A stretch of DNA of 63,070 bases, counting the filler, from Octopus bimaculoides (lineage: Eukaryota), in NCBI RefSeq assembly GCF_001194135.2. It is 5 parts of 5 records of this genome, joined end to end, with 100 filler letters (N's around TTAATTAATTAA, not from the genome) between each part and the next. Parts side by side here need not be neighbours in the genome. Positions count along the whole stretch, not along the records: positions 1 to 28,433 come from NC_068998.1; positions 28,534 to 55,426 come from NC_068981.1; 3 more parts are not named here. The stretch is one strand, 5' to 3'. Within the stretch, counting starts at the first letter, position 1. Every line of letters starts with the position of its first letter. A program made the translations under genes and the position numbers. A model generated the notes under the pieces. The model saw only the letters and a list, made by a program, of their open reading frames with translations. It made no database searches and was not told the origin of the DNA. Shown in pieces: positions 25,663 to 40,124 of the stretch.

Positions 25663-26644
25663 AAAAGAAACTATAGAGGATAAGCTACGGAAGAGATGGA
25701 GAATTTATAGTTGCTTGCAAAGTACTATAACCAACACAAATGTAACTTAGTAACTGCGTTGTACTACTATCACACACGTACGATCACATACAATACAACC
25801 TACAACCATACGTGGATGGGCGTGCGCGTGCGTGGTGTGTGTGTATGTGTGTGTGTGTGTGTGTGTGTTCATATGATCTACGGAGAGTCGCTATTGTAAG
25901 TACATGTATGTGTGTGCGTGAATGCATTACATTTTTCAACTAGTGCAAGAAATGTGTTGTGTTTTTGTCTTTTCCTCTCGACCAACGTTCTGATCTGCTA
26001 TATTTCTACATGGAAATACAATATCTGATGTTCAGCAACGTCACCACACGCGTCTGATGATGGTGTGTGAGGAAGGGTGGCTCGTTAATAATGAGAAAAT
26101 AATTTGGATCAGATTCCTTTTCTTAGTTTTTTTTTTTTCTACTCTTTCCTCTAAAATTTTCTTTTTCTCACTCTCCACCCCCCCCCTCTCTCTCTCTCTC
26201 TCTCTCTATTACTTTCTCTATTACTTTCTCTTACTGAGCTTTAAAGGGAAGCAGCTATATGAGACGACCCGTAGTTGCTTATAATAAGTACTCTCAGCAT
26301 GGCAAACTAATAATGATATAAACTGGTTGACTGTGATAGCTACTTCGTGAATAAGTGAACAAGGTCGTTGAGTATGAAAAGTCTTAATCATGAGCTAAAC
26401 AACACTGAAAGGAAGCGAAGTAGCTGATAGGAAACGTATCATCAATTCTTTAACTTGTATAGTCTGATAATCTATTGACTTGATCACCTGAAGTTCTTTT
26501 ATATGGTTAGTGCTCTACAGTTCAATTCGTAGCAGGCTGCTTGCAAGTTAATTTGTCAGGTATGTCTGAAATTCGTACTGAGCAAATGATACTCCAAAAT
26601 CTAACTTGGCAGACAGTCAAAATAATAATTTTTTTATCATTTTT

Positions 26645-26945
26645 CTTTTACTTGTTTCATTCATTAGACTTCGGCCATACTGGGGCATCGCCATGAAAAA
26701 TTTTTAGCCGAATAAATCGACCCCAGTACTTTTTTTTTTTCTTTTTTGAGTCCGGTACTTATTTTATCTGCCTCTTTTGCTGAATCGTTAAGTTACAGGT
26801 ACGTTAACACACCAACATCAGTTGTCAAGCGGTGGTGGAGTACAAACACAGACACACACTCACATACACGTGTGTGTGTACGACGGGTTTCTTTCAGTTT
26901 CCGTCTACTAAATCCGCTCACAAGGCTTTCATCGGCCCGAAGCTA
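26645..26945 (-). mobile_element. SINE family B, 5'-truncated by the following element
   Basis: cttttacttgtttcattcattagacttcggccatactgg...gacgggtttctttcagtttccgtctactaaatccgctcacaaggcttt. Confidence 0.85.
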
Positions 26946-27283
26946 GGATCTCTTCCTTTTGGCCGGCACATAGAAAAAATAACTTTTTGTAACTAAACAC
27001 TTTCAAATTTCGTATACTGGTAGAATGTGTCATTTAAAACATCATTTACTCTTGGCGTTTTTAAGAAAATTCTTCATTTTCGAAGTTATTTCGAGTTAAA
27101 GTTGTATTTCGGTAATTTCAACCAATCAATGACGTCTATTGAGGTGAAAACAATTACTACTGTGGTTTGTCAACAAGACGTTCTGGCGGTGTAAATTTAC
27201 TTTGTCACTTTTATTTATGACATCGTTCGTGCGTTTGTACTGGTTTTTTGCTTTGGAGTTTTAGGGATCGGGTTTTTTATTTT
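26946..27283 (+). mobile_element. Non-autonomous repeat family with GGATCTTTTCCCTTTGAACGGCA-like terminus (superfamily unassigned)
   Basis: Shares aaacactttcaaa(t/c)ttcgtatact, ggtaatttcaaccaatca.t.acgtctattgaggtgaaaacaatt and ttatttatgacatcgttcgtgcgtttgtactggtttt with 36345-36654; the terminus is shared with 46900-46977 (minus). Confidence 0.75.
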
Positions 27284-27638
27284 NNNNNNNNNNNNNNNNN
27301 NNNNNNNNNNNNNNNNNNNNNNNNNNNNNNNNNNNNNNNNNNNNNNNNNNNNNNNNNNNNNNNNNNNNNNNNNNNNNNNNNNNNNNNNNNNNNNNNNNNN
27401 NNNNNNNNNNNNNNNNNNNNNNNNNNNNNNNNNNNNNNNNNNNNNNNNNNNNNNNNNNNNNNNNNNNNNNGATGATGCAGATGATAGATGTTGCACTCAG
27501 ATGTTTCTTAGACACCAAAAAAAAAAAACAAAAAAAGAAAACAGCTGAGATTATAAGTAAAGCGCTAGTCATGTAAACGGCTGAAAACAGCTTCAAGAAT
27601 TGAAGTCGTGTCACAACTTCAGTTGAGCAAACAGTTTA

Positions 27639-28114
27639 CACTAATCACTCGCCATATCGCGGTTCACCTATCACGCCCTCAGTACATCGTGGATTTTTCT
27701 GGCTAATATATGTAAATTTATATCGCGGTCTCTTCTGTATATCGCGGGTTTCTGCGGCCGGTAGGTATTTATATGTTTTTAGGTTTTAATTATTTCTGTG
27801 GTAAAATAAGCATTTTCACGCCTAAACATTAATAAATTAATATATAAAAATACTGCACTGTACAAACACGGTAATTAAAATTAAGTACCAGTTGCGTACT
27901 GGTGTCGACCTAATCAACTGGCTCCCGGCCCAAAATTTTCGGGCCTAGAGTAGAAAATTTTGCGCCTTGAGAAGAAAAGAATAAAATAGATATATACAAA
28001 TTATAAAAATATTTAAAATATATACATACAGTACAGTACTGTTTCTACTTTTCGGATTTTCACTTATCGGGTGGGGTTTCGGACCATAACTCCCGGAGAG
28101 TCGAGGGATCACTG
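27639..28114. mobile_element. Tigger-derived MITE with TA TSDs and a nested SINE A fragment (~27880-27945)
   Basis: TA|CACTAATCACTCGCCATATCGCGG ... CGAGGGATCACTG|TA; internal tacagtacagtactg motif typical of Tigger-type elements. Confidence 0.7.
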
Positions 28115-28218
28115 TACTCGTTACTCCTCTCTGTATTCTTAAAATTTCGTAATATAATTTACTTTCATAATCGGGAAGTTTATATTTGTAACTGAAGAGA
28201 AACGAGGAAGTTGTGTAC

Positions 28219-28433
28219 TTATATATATATATAACATATAAATATATTATATATATATAACATATAAATATATTATATATATATATATAACATATAAATA
28301 TATTATATATATATATATAACATATAAATATTATATATATATATGACATATAGATATTATATATATATATATAACATATAGATATAATATATATATATAA
28401 CATATAGATATAATATATATATATATAAATATA
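28219..28433. repeat. AT-rich minisatellite, (TA)n-ACATAT(A/G)ATAT units of about 24-29 bp
   Basis: About 8 variable units seen directly. Confidence 0.9.
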
Positions 28434-28723
28434 NNNNNNNNNNNNNNNNNNNNNNNNNNNNNNNNNNNNNNNNNNNNTTAATTAATTAANNNNNNNNNNN
28501 NNNNNNNNNNNNNNNNNNNNNNNNNNNNNNNNNATACTTTTCTTTTTTTTTTTTTTGAAAATTAATATTCATTTCATCGTTTTGCTGAAGCGCCAAGAAA
28601 TTTGATAAACGTTTACTTGTAATTATCGTTTGTATGCCATGTTTCTTGATAGTACCTATGGTAACAAAAGTAGATTTCCACAGTTACCTGTCACACGACG
28701 GGTAACGTGCGCGCGCACGCACG

Positions 28724-28775
<52 letters not shown>

Positions 28776-29379
28776 GATCATTGTTGCTGTTTAATCCCGT
28801 GTTGGCTTTGAATAAAGCAGGCATTTTGATGAATGCCATTAATATTATGAACATTCTGCAGTCAGAGCATCAGCCTCATTATCAAAAGGAGACGGTCTGT
28901 TTTGTTATGGTTGCTGTTGTCGCTGTTGCTGCTGCTGCTGCTGCTGTTGCTGTCGTCATCATCTTGGTGTTGCCTTTGAATCTGACTCCACCGAATATAC
29001 CAATAACCATGGATATTCCAGCCTCGACCATCCCATCGTATTGCATGTATATCAGAAACTGTATTATCCGATGTATATTTTTCAAGTCGGTAGAATGTAA
29101 CTTGACTGAAATTTGGCTGCTTGTTTTAGCAAATCGAGCAACAACGTAGAGGCTCCCTCGCTGGTGAACAATAAAATAGAAATAGCGGATTTGGTGGGTA
29201 TTGGTTTTAATCTGTAATTTTTTTTTTTAAGCAGGTTTCTGGGTTGTTAAAATGGAGTTGGAATAGCGTCTGCCATCTCTATACTTAATTTCAGGTGTGA
29301 GTACAGCCTAAAATTACTACAATGTGTAACACGATTTTTGTCCTTGGATAGCAACTGTTATTTTCTATTTGCTTACCTA

Positions 29380-29600
29380 TAAGATGCATGAAAAATGGCT
29401 AATATTTCCTTCAAACTTTGCTTTTGTTACAAACTCCAAAGAATCGACCTCAACACATAGCTATGATGCTCCCCCACTACTCATGCTCATGATCAGAGAT
29501 GCACATATCGTCAGTCACCAAGGGACATGCTCAAGTAGTTAAGGCAAAGCAACTGACGAGCAAATCTGTGGTATTGAGCAGAATATTTGTTATAACATTA
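29380..29600 (-). mobile_element. SINE/retroposon family C copy
   Basis: gatgctcccccactactcatgctcatgatcagagatgcacatatcgtcag...aagcaactgacgagcaaatctgtggtatt. Confidence 0.8.
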
Positions 29601-31213
29601 TTTCTGCTTCAGTAACTCAATTCTGAATCTGTCTGAAATGTATTGGAAAATAAGTCAGTTTCAAAACATTGATGTCCAGATTATAAAAGCAAAGTTTGGA
29701 GGGAATAGTAGTGATTTCCTTTGATTTCTGGCCAAAGACAGAAAAAAAAACCCATTTTGTTTCACAGTGTTATATTCTGGCAACTTGAGCACTTACATAG
29801 TTCCGTGGACCGTATTCTAATGTTAATGCAGCATGATGTTTGCGAAGATCTTTGCACTTCAATATTCGGCTCATGTCTCAAATTGTATATCTTGCAGGTG
29901 CAACTGGTGAATTCCAAATTGTCGCTTAGAGCTGTTGGAAGCCTGTACTAGTCAACTTTGGAATTTGCTCCAAACAAAAGTAAAATACACCTGCCTAATA
30001 TACATCGTATGATTCACAAGAGTAACTCTTCTGTGTGTGCACCACATCATATCTGGCGATATTCACATCTATGCTTTTCCCTGACATCACACAAAATGCT
30101 ACCATGAAGACGAAAAAGAAAAAAAAAAACAACCTCAAAGCAGGTCCTATTTAAATAGGACGAACAATGTACCTAACTCTTGAAAGGCAGACATGTAGCG
30201 TTCACGTTTGATCATTTATTGGAAAGCCTTCATCTATCCTGTCCCAAAGTTTCCATTTACATTATTACAGCCGGAGAACCAATGAAATCCAACCAGGGAT
30301 GACGTCACATTAAAGCCAAACTGACTACGAAGGAAGTTACTATCAAGAGTGCAGACTTCGTCATCACAACCGGTGGAGAAGAGGAGGGGCACAATAAACT
30401 TCTGTGGACATCACATACTGATAATGAGTATACCAATGATCATACTTTTTTTTTATAACCACAGCCGGTAGAATTGTTGTGGAGGGATGTTGATGTTGAC
30501 TAAAAGCTTCTGGGCATATTCTGCATGCAAATGTAACCGAGTATTCCACTTATTCGTGGCTACAATGGGGTCCCGGTAAATGTATTACCTTCACAATGTC
30601 AGAATTCTCTAAAAATGCATTGTTATCTTTTATTTTTTATCTTTTACTTCTTTCAGTCATAACCCTAACCAACCAACACCGTTGTCAAGAGGTAGTGGGG
30701 GTACAAACGCATACACCAAGACACACACATACACACACTATGTATATATCGGGCGGTTGAGGCACAACGAAGAGTTTTTACTGCATTTTTGACTTTGAGA
30801 AAAGATACATTTTTTACAAATGTTCACCACCTTACAAAAACTATACCAACTAATGAAATGATTCTTGTATACACCCGCTAAATACTTCTGCCAAGTATAA
30901 AATAGTTACTCCACAAATGACTCTTTATTCTCGCCTGAGCTGTCAGACTACTTTCCACTGGGTTGGCCGCTTCTGATTTATGTTGTCTGGTTGAATTTTG
31001 ATGATTTATATTCCTTTGGCAGCACAATGGTTTTTTATTTTATTTTATTCTTGATGATTATTTTTAGGTATATGTTACAAAATAGATCTCCCTTGCTCAT
31101 TGTTATGATATTGAGGCTCCTTCGTTGCTGTGTACTGTATCCTATATCGGCGATTGTGGTGTTGGCGAATTTTGCTTCGTTGAAATGATACTACGAGATA
31201 TTTTTGTCTGCTA

Positions 31214-31294
<81 letters not shown>

Positions 31295-33764
31295 TGAGCA
31301 CGCATGTATGTTTGTGAGGTAGAATGAGAGTTGGTGTATCAGTTGCAATGCAATTGTTTGTAGTAGTTAGGTGCGAAGATCAGAAAGTCACTCCGGTGAA
31401 AAATTAATGTAGTTATCGCGATGTATTCTAGTAATGAGGGTGTTGGCTTTTTTAACATATAAAAAAATTCAGATACGATGTGATTAAATCGTATCTTATG
31501 TTACATGAAAAGTTGTTTGTTTTTTTCTTCTTTTTTTTTTTTTTAGCTTTTGTTGCATGTACATGCAGTATTGCGTTGAACATAAAATAAGTGGGAAACG
31601 TGGTAGTGTTATTTGCTGAAGAAATTTTTTTCAGATCCGCTTGATAGTAAGAAGATTCTGCAAAGCTTGTAAAGGTCATTTTGCTAATGGACAATAAGTG
31701 AGAGTTAACTACAGACAGGGACGTGATAAAGACTAAAAGACCGTGCAATGCACAGAGACAATTCGCTTCCCTGTTGGTAATTTTACAGGAGTTGGGACAG
31801 TATGTGAATACCTCCTCGATGGTAATGACAGATGACTTCCTTCAGGTGCTATATTTCTCACCTGAACAGTCACAGCATAGTTGAATATGATTCACTTAGA
31901 ATTTGCGGCTGAGAGGTTTGGCTGGGTTTAAAAAGTAGTTGAACATACTTCGAAAGATGCTATCAGACATTTGCTTAGTTATCTACGTAGAGGTAAAGCC
32001 TATTCACAGCGTAAGCAGCGTAAAATTGGCATATCTCGGACCACTCAACTGACTTGAAGCAGCTGAGTATTTATGGAACAGAAGTTGTTGTGTAAAATGA
32101 GGATCTGGAATGGTTTACCTCGATTAGGCTACAATAGGTTGATCAGGTGTGCCTTCAACGTTACAACCTTTCTACTTATGAATAAAACAGTTAAAAAGCT
32201 TCTATGAATACGCATAATGGGAATCTTTAATGACCTCACCTTATAATCAACCCCCTCCCCCGCACACACACACACACATTTATTTATATCTGATTATCCC
32301 ACACAGATTTCTCATTATTTGTTTCACATTTTGTTTTGGCAGTTATTCATTTGGTGCTCCGAAAGTTGTTATCGAAGAAGACTGAAAGAGAGAGAGAAAG
32401 AGTGGGGAGAAAAGAAGCTGAAAATGCAAATTAAGAATAAGAAAATTTATTTACAATCACTTAACCGGTTTCATGATTTTCAAAAGGGGTGAAATTTTGA
32501 GAATCCTGGACTATATTGTATTTGAACTAAATTTTTATTGGGCATTTGTCACAGATTGTATGTACGGTATAATTGTAACACATATTCATTATCCAAATGG
32601 ATGCTATTTCTTATATCTGATTCAATGGAATTAAACTTAAATAACTATAAACAATCACCACGATACTTAAAGAAATGTAGGTGTTTGAGTCCGGCATAGG
32701 TTTTGTACAGCCGACTAAAGTTATCTCAATATATTACTGATACTAGTATCGAGTCAATTTGCTACATAATCGTTCAGCTTGCGAGAAATAGCCATAAAAT
32801 CACACTCTTGCATTTTAATCAAGGTATCGAAGGATATTGGAAAATATTGTTCTAGATAAACAATACATAAAGAAAAGACAAGGTAATTACAGCGGGAGCG
32901 AATTTGATCATAGAGCTGCTGAAACAGAGCAGACTTGGAACTTGGCAAAAGCAAGACGAATTGTTAGAAGTATCTATTTTATCGACACCTGGACGGAATG
33001 AAAAATCATAATTGTTTCTAACCTGATTAAAACTTACACAGAAACGAGGTCTATCAAGAATTATGGATGAGATTCTACGCAAATTTGCACCAAATTTTCA
33101 TGCATAATGCATTTGTGAAGAATACAGATAATGAATGGTTCTTTGGAACAAAGGCAAAAACAAAAATACTGAAAGAGAGAAGACGAAAGAGTTAGAGAGC
33201 GTGAAAAAGTGATGATTTTGATCAAAGATTCGACTGGTTTCATATTATCACGATTAAAAGTGAATTTTCAGTGTCACATCGAGTTAATTAAATCAGCTTT
33301 AGTTTCGATCCTGGTAAATATAACATAACACAAACAATAACACATCCCCGACCACCTCTTGGCTGATCTCATGGCAACGCACAGATGATATTTGCCTTGA
33401 CCTATTATTGCAGTTAAAGTAAATAGTATACTGCATTTTAAAATCGGTTACACAGCAATGGCCGATGTTAGTGGGGATGATGGAGAAATAAATAGCTCAC
33501 ACCTCATTATTCTATGAGCAACTCTTGTAAATATTTAATGATTGCGTTGATGAAAGACGTAGAGTTACAAATGGCCGAGTTAATATTGATGTTGGACAAA
33601 GTGTCGGAAGGTTAGGCGGATCATATTCTAGAGCCAGCGCTACAGCTTTCATGGACTTTCATGACCTAAACATTTAAATAACTCGTTCGACAAATTGTAG
33701 TTATTGCATGGCGGTACAGTATACTATATAATGGACTATAGTGTCTAAACTGAGTATTAGATCG

Positions 33765-34048
33765 TATGTATGTATGTGTGCGTGTGTGCGTGTGTGTGTG
33801 TGTGTGTATGTATGTATGTGTATGTATGTATGTGTGTATGTATGTATGCAAGCATGTATGTATGCATGTACGTATGTATGTGTGTATGTATGTATTATGT
33901 ATGTACGTATGCATGTAAGCACATATGCATGTATGTGTGCGTGTGTATGTGTGTGTGTGTGCGTGTGTGTGTGTATGTATGTATGTATGCGTGTGTATGT
34001 ATGTATGTGTGTATGTATGTGTGCAAGCATGTATGTATGCATGTACGT
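33765..34048. repeat. Compound (TG)/(TATG)/(TGCA) microsatellite, continuing into a gap
   Basis: Seen directly. Confidence 0.9.
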
Positions 34049-35816
34049 NNNNNNNNNNNNNNNNNNNNNNNNNNNNNNNNNNNNNNNNNNNNNNNNNNNN
34101 NNNNNNNNNNNNNNNNNNNNNNNNNNNNNNNNNNNNNNNNNNNNNNNNNNNNNNNNNNNNNNNNNNNNNNNNNNNNNNNNNNNNNNNNNNNNNNNNNNNN
34201 NNNNNNNNNNNNNNNNNNNNNNNNNNNNNNNNNNNNNNNNNNNNNNNNNNNNNNNNNNNNNNNNNNNNNNNNNNNNNNNNNNNNNNNNNNNNNNNNNNNN
34301 NNNNNNNNNNNNNNNNNNNNNNNNNNNNNNNNNNNNNNNNNNNNNNNNNNNNNNNNNNNNNNNNNNNNNNNNNNNNNNNNNNNNNNNNNNNNNNNNNNNN
34401 NNNNNNNNNNNNNNNNNNNNNNNNNNNNNNNNNNNNNNNNNNNNNNNNNNNNNNNNNNNNNNNNNNNNNNNNNNNNNNNNNNNNNNNNNNNNNNNNNNNN
34501 NNNNNNNNNNNNNNNNNNNNNNNNNNNNNNNNNNNNNNNNNNNNNNNNNNNNNNNNNNNNNNNNNNNNNNNNNNNNNNNNNNNNNNNNNNNNNNNNNNNN
34601 NNNNNNNNNNNNNNNNNNNNNNNNNNNNNNNNNNNNNNNNNNNNNNNNNNNNNNNNNNNNNNNNNNNNNNNNNNNNNNNNNNNNNNNNNNNNNNNNNNNN
34701 NNNNNNNNNNNNNNNNNNNNNNNNNNNNNNNNNNNNNNNNNNNNNNNNNNNNNNNNNNNNNNNNNNNNNNNNNNNNNNNNNNNNNNNNNNNNNNNNNNNN
34801 NNNNNNNNNNNNNNNNNNNNNNNNNNNNNNNNNNNNNNNNNNNNNNNNNNNNNNNNNNNNNNNNNNNNNNNNNNNNNNNNNNNNNNNNNNNNNNNNNNNN
34901 NNNNNNNNNNNNNNNNNNNNNNNNNNACACACACACACACAGGGGCCATAGTAGGGGGCACTTTCCCAAGATTCAGCACATCGAGACTGAACCTGAAGCA
35001 CAAGGTTGCAAGGCGTGCTTCTTAACTACACAGCCAAGCCATACTTATAACTCTATTAACTCTTTTCTTTTTCCTTTTCCCTCTAAAACGGTAACACAAC
35101 GTTCTCTTGAAGATAGAATTCAAGTAGTCATCTCAATTACGAAATTTGAAAATGATAGCGGAGTTGTGCGACAGCAAAAGAATTTACCACCACCAATCCA
35201 CTAGACTGTCAAACCACCAGTGTTGTTTATTTTGGATTTATTTTAGGTTTAGGGAATGTTGCCAAAAGCTCAGTCAGATCATAATTAGCTGGTGAAAAAT
35301 CTCTTAATATTGTCGACAAACTTGTCGTGGCAACTCATTCAATGTCAGTTTGTAGTTATGCTGCAGCTAAAGGAATGAGTCCGAGCTCATTTTACCACCT
35401 ACTTCTAATGGTCTAATAATAAAATAAATGTTAGTCAAGCTGGTTTGAGTAGTGCTTCAAGTATTCATCCTCGAGGCATTACTTATGAAACATCAAATAT
35501 GTGAAATAACTTTTCTTTTGTAGAGGGTGTGGAGGGAACAGGGTATCTCGAAGCATACATAAGGCTATAAATAATGGCATGTAAATATTGGACCGAAGAA
35601 CCATTTTGGATAGAAAGAGTCGAAGGCTATTCCGTCCTATATCTTTTTCGACGTATTATTTACATGCTATTCTTTATAGCTTTATGTGTGTATCGAGATC
35701 AACTGTCAAAAAAAAAAAAAAGGAAAAAAACAATTATGTCGCGTTCTCTCGAAAGTTCATAAATTTTTATGGCATCAACAACATCAGATATGTGTGTGTG
35801 TGTAGGTAGGTAGATA

Positions 35817-36076
35817 ATACATACATACATACATACATGCATGCATGCATACATACATGCATACATGCATGCATGCATACATACATACATACATACATAC
35901 ATACATACATACATACATGCATGCATACATGCATACATACATACATACATACATGCATACATACATGCATACATGCATACATGCATATATACATACATGC
36001 ATACATACATGCATACATGCATACATATATGCATACATACATACATACATGCATACATACATACACACATACATAC
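35817..36076. repeat. Compound (CATA)n/(CATG)n tetranucleotide array
   Basis: Seen directly; source of the MYVC/HTYI pseudo-ORFs. Confidence 0.95.
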
Positions 36077-36344
36077 AATGTATTTTCAAATTCCGAGTAG
36101 ACTGTAATGGAGGAGGCATATATCTTGTTTCATATTTAACTACGAAGTTTTAAAAAGTCATTCAGAAATAAATATGCTTTGAAGTAAACAATATTTATTA
36201 ACAGTTCATATAATTTTAGATATTTCAGCAAGTATAGGAGACAAGTACTAAACAATTTCGATACTATTATCAACTCATTAGTAAAGCATATCCTTATGGT
36301 TTGACGGGCAACATTTTTCATTAATGTTTTATGTAGTGTTTTTG

Positions 36345-36654
36345 GTACCGAAACACTTTCAAACTTCGTATACTTATCTATTTTGTGTTATAGAACAGAC
36401 AAAAAATTTTGTATTCGAAGTTATTTCATGTAAAAAGTTGTCGTATTTCGGTAATTTCAACCAATCACTAACGTCTATTGAGGTGAAAACAATTAATGGC
36501 GTGGAATGTAAACAACGGTGTTACGGGATCTTTTCCCTTGAATAAAATTAGTCCCGTTGTTTGTCAACATCAACTACCCGTGTTACTCTTATTTATGACA
36601 TCGTTCGTGCGTTTGTACTGGTTTTAGCTTTAGGGTTTTACGGTTAGGGTTCGG
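36345..36654 (+). mobile_element. Second copy of the GGATC-terminus repeat family, ending in TTAGGG-like units at the gap
   Basis: Homologous to 26990-27270; ends ttagggttttacggttagggttcgg. Confidence 0.75.
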
Positions 36655-37350
36655 NNNNNNNNNNNNNNNNNNNNNNNNNNNNNNNNNNNNNNNNNNNNNN
36701 NNNNNNNNNNNNNNNNNNNNNNNNNNNNNNNNNNNNNNNNNNNNNNNNNNNNNNNNNNNNNNNNNNNNNNNNNNNNNNNNNNNNNNNNNNNNNNNNNNNN
36801 NNNNNNNNNNNNNNNNNNNNNNNNNNNNNNNNNNNNNNNNNNNNNNNNNNNNNNNNNNNNNNNNNNNNNNNNNNNNNNNNNNNNNNNNNNNNNNNNNNNN
36901 NNNNNNNNNNNNNNNNNNNNNNNNNNNNNNNNNNNNNNNNNNNNNNNNNNNNNNNNNNNNNNNNNNNNNNNNNNNNNNNNNNNNNNNNNNNNNNNNNNNN
37001 NNNNNNNNNNNNNNNNNNNNNNNNNNNNNNNNNNNNNNNNNNNNNNNNNNNNNNNNNNNNNNNNNNNNNNNNNNNNNNNNNNNNNNNNNNNNNNNNNNNN
37101 NNNNNNNNNNNNNNNNNNNNNNNNNNNNNNNNNNNNNNNNNNNNNNNNNNNNNNNNNNNNNNNNNNNNNNNNNNNNNNNNNNNNNNNNNNNNNNNNNNNN
37201 NNNNNNNNNNNNNNNNNNNNNNNNNNNNNNNNNNNNNNNNNNNNNNNNNNNNNNNNNNNNNNNNNNNNNNNNNNNNNNNNNNNNNNNNNNNNNNNNNNNN
37301 NNNNNNNNNNNNNNNNNNNNNNNNNNNNNNNNNNNNNNNNNNNNNNNNNN

Positions 37351-37419
<69 letters not shown>

Positions 37420-37984
37420 ATCCAGATGTTGACATGAAAATAAGATGTGCTCATAACGTTAGTTATTACCATTATATAAATATTATTGATAGCATACTTC
37501 GAATGAGAATGACTGTTTGCTTATAGGATTCAAACTAAAGCTAGGTTTCGGTGCGTTTTGCAATAGCCACAATGGACGATCAACAGCTATTAACGCATCA
37601 CAATCAGTTCTGGCTGTTATGTTGAAGCCATAAAAATGAGCCTTGCTGTCAATTTTCTTGAACGAATGTGAAAGATGAACAGAAGTAATAAGCTTAGCGC
37701 TAAAGTGGTACAGGAAGTGTTTGTGAATCACTTGTAAAGGCCGCTGGAGTAGCTTTTTTTTATTATTTTATTAATATTGTGTGGCGGTGTCAAACCAGAG
37801 CAAGTCTGAATATTGCCTTAGATCCTTGCATCCTTGCTTTGACTCCCTGCAGTCTTGCACGAACTCGCAAAATTTAATCTTAACATAAACTGTAACCCTA
37901 TACACGCCCCGCTCATTCCACGTTTGTGGTTTTAATTTCACAGAAATTACGTTGTTTCATGATGTATTGATATATCTGCGACAC

Positions 37985-38335
37985 ATTTCCAGTTGATCCA
38001 ATCAACGAAACAACCTGCTCGTGAAATTAATGTGCAAGTGGCTGAGCACTCCACAGACACGTGTACCCTCAACGTAGTTCTCGGGGATATTCAGCGTGAT
38101 ACAGTGTGACAAGGCTGACCTTTTGAATTACAGGCACAACAGAAACATGAAGTAAGAGTGAGAGAAAGTTGTGGTGAAAGAGTACAGCAGAGTTCGCCAC
38201 CATCCCTTGCTGGAACCTCGTCGAGCTTTAAGTGTTTTCGCTCAATAAACACTCATAACGCCCGGTCTAGGAACCGAAACCGCGATCCTATGACCACGAG
38301 TCCGCTGCCCTAACCACTGGGCCATTGCGCCTCCA
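37985..38335 (+). mobile_element. SINE family D copy
   Basis: ccagttgatccaatcaacgaaacaacctgctcgtgaaattaatgtgcaagtggctgagcactccacagacacgtgtaccctc...taaccactgggccattgcgcctccac. Confidence 0.8.
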
Positions 38336-38868
38336 CGGAGGTTAACAGATAAGTACTTTAAATAATATCTTCCTTAGTTTCGCACGTTCTTTCTCATCTC
38401 TTACATTTTAGGTTAAGATTTTCTGTAATTCATCATTTCTCACCATTTCTCACGTACACTAGAGTAGCAAATAGCAAGGACGGTAATTAACCTTGCGATA
38501 GCCCATTGTTTAATTCCGATTAACACAGTCAGAAAGCCCACTCCTTTTGCCGTTACACCAGTGAAGTTACTCAACTAGCCTTTTCTCGCTCATTCTTGTA
38601 AAATTTATTTGAAATATTATTAACCACGAATATGAATTTTAATGCCCAGTGCGCAACAGCTTCACGTTATATCATAGTTATTACTCTTCATTGAAGCTAT
38701 GCTTTATTCAATTATGATCTGAAGAGAGGGAATCAAGGTTGTTATTCGTCAGCTGTAAACAAAAATGGTTACCGTTTTCCTTCTTCCTCCCCAGTTAAGT
38801 TTGTTCAACTTTAATATGCATTATCCACTATATTTCTTATAAGTATCAGATGAGTGCTACTTCACCCC

Positions 38869-38926
<58 letters not shown>

Positions 38927-39879
38927 CTCACTCACTCTTTTCCCACCTATCATATTCTGGATGCCCTACTGGGTCAAGAGTAGGAATACTGATAAGGTTT
39001 CTTATGTTTTACTCGCGCCTCTTAGAGTTCTGAAACAGTTAGCAAAAGCATGGTAGTAGCTACCAAGTTATATTCACTCGCAAATGACTGGATGTGGTTG
39101 TTTGTTTATAGTTTCAGCTTAGAGCTGCGGCCATGCTGATGCACCGCCGTGAGAGAAGTCAAGGAACTGCACACTAGTCTCTATGATGCCTGAAACAAAC
39201 AATAGAACACATCTCATTCTCTAAGTTAGGATCAACGAAGATAAGAATGAACGTGAATGTTAAATCCAGACTAGACTGCAACGGACCTCGTTACTTAACC
39301 GAATAAGTGGAAAAAAAAAAAAAAAGATTTCAACTGATAGATTACTTGATTTTCTTAGTTGTGAAATGCTTGTTATGTTGCTCTCAAACATTATTCCGCT
39401 TCTATTTTGCTGTTCTCTCCCCACCTCAAGAGCAAAACATTCCCACGCTACACTGATTTAATCACCCATCGACCATAATTTCACGTCACAGTCACCATAC
39501 TCACATCGTGTTACTTTAGTCTTCCGATGATAAACATCCATTTTTCGTTGTAAAAGAAGTGAAATAAATTCTACTAAAAAAATGGAGGTAAATTGCGATA
39601 GAAACCGGAAGTTGACGACAACCTCTTACTCACACGTACACTACTTGAATTACAGTGTAATAAATTTATTATTAATACATTTTTTGCGTCTTTGGTCAGT
39701 AAGTGTTATTTCCTATTTGCTTCTATCTAGAAATCAAAGAAAATTACTATTATTCTCTTCACACTTTGCCTTTCTGACCTGGACATCAATGTTTTCAAAC
39801 TGACCTATTTTCCATTACATTTCAGACAGATTCAGTGCTGAGTTGCTGAAGAAGAAATATCGTTATAACAGATACTACG

Positions 39880-40045
39880 CTCAATATCAGAGATTTGCTC
39901 GTCAGTTGCTTGACCTCGACCACTTGAGCATGTCCGTTAGTGACTGACAATATATGTACATCTTTGACGATGAACAGGAGTAGTGGGGGAGCATCATAGC
40001 CATGTGTTGAGGACGATTCTTTGGAGTTTGAATAAATGTACCGAA
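39880..40045 (+). mobile_element. SINE/retroposon family C partial copy
   Basis: cagagatttgctcgtcagttgcttgacctcgacc...gtagtgggggagcatcatagccatgtgttgag. Confidence 0.8.
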
Positions 40046-40124
40046 AGCAAAGTTTGAAGGAAATATTAGCCATTTTTCATACTTTCTAAGGATAAGCAAA
40101 TAAGAAATAACAGTTGCTACCCGA

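Noticed and set aside
28434-28533. TTAATTAATTAA island inside N-runs (also at 55471, 58283 and 60966)
   Set aside because: Each is exactly 44 N + 12 bp + 44 N = 100. This is an artificial scaffold spacer with stops in all six frames, not a biological motif.
28781-29149. 122-aa ORF with poly-Ala/Val stretch (similarly 23073-23558 and 55897-56354)
   Set aside because: It is built on degenerate trinucleotide repeats and has no recognisable domain or splice support.
32893-33010. QDELLEVSILSTPGRNEKS* as the next GTPase exon (cf. ILDTAG / QDTPG)
   Set aside because: It lacks the invariant Asp, has a poor acceptor, no donor, and a stop follows.
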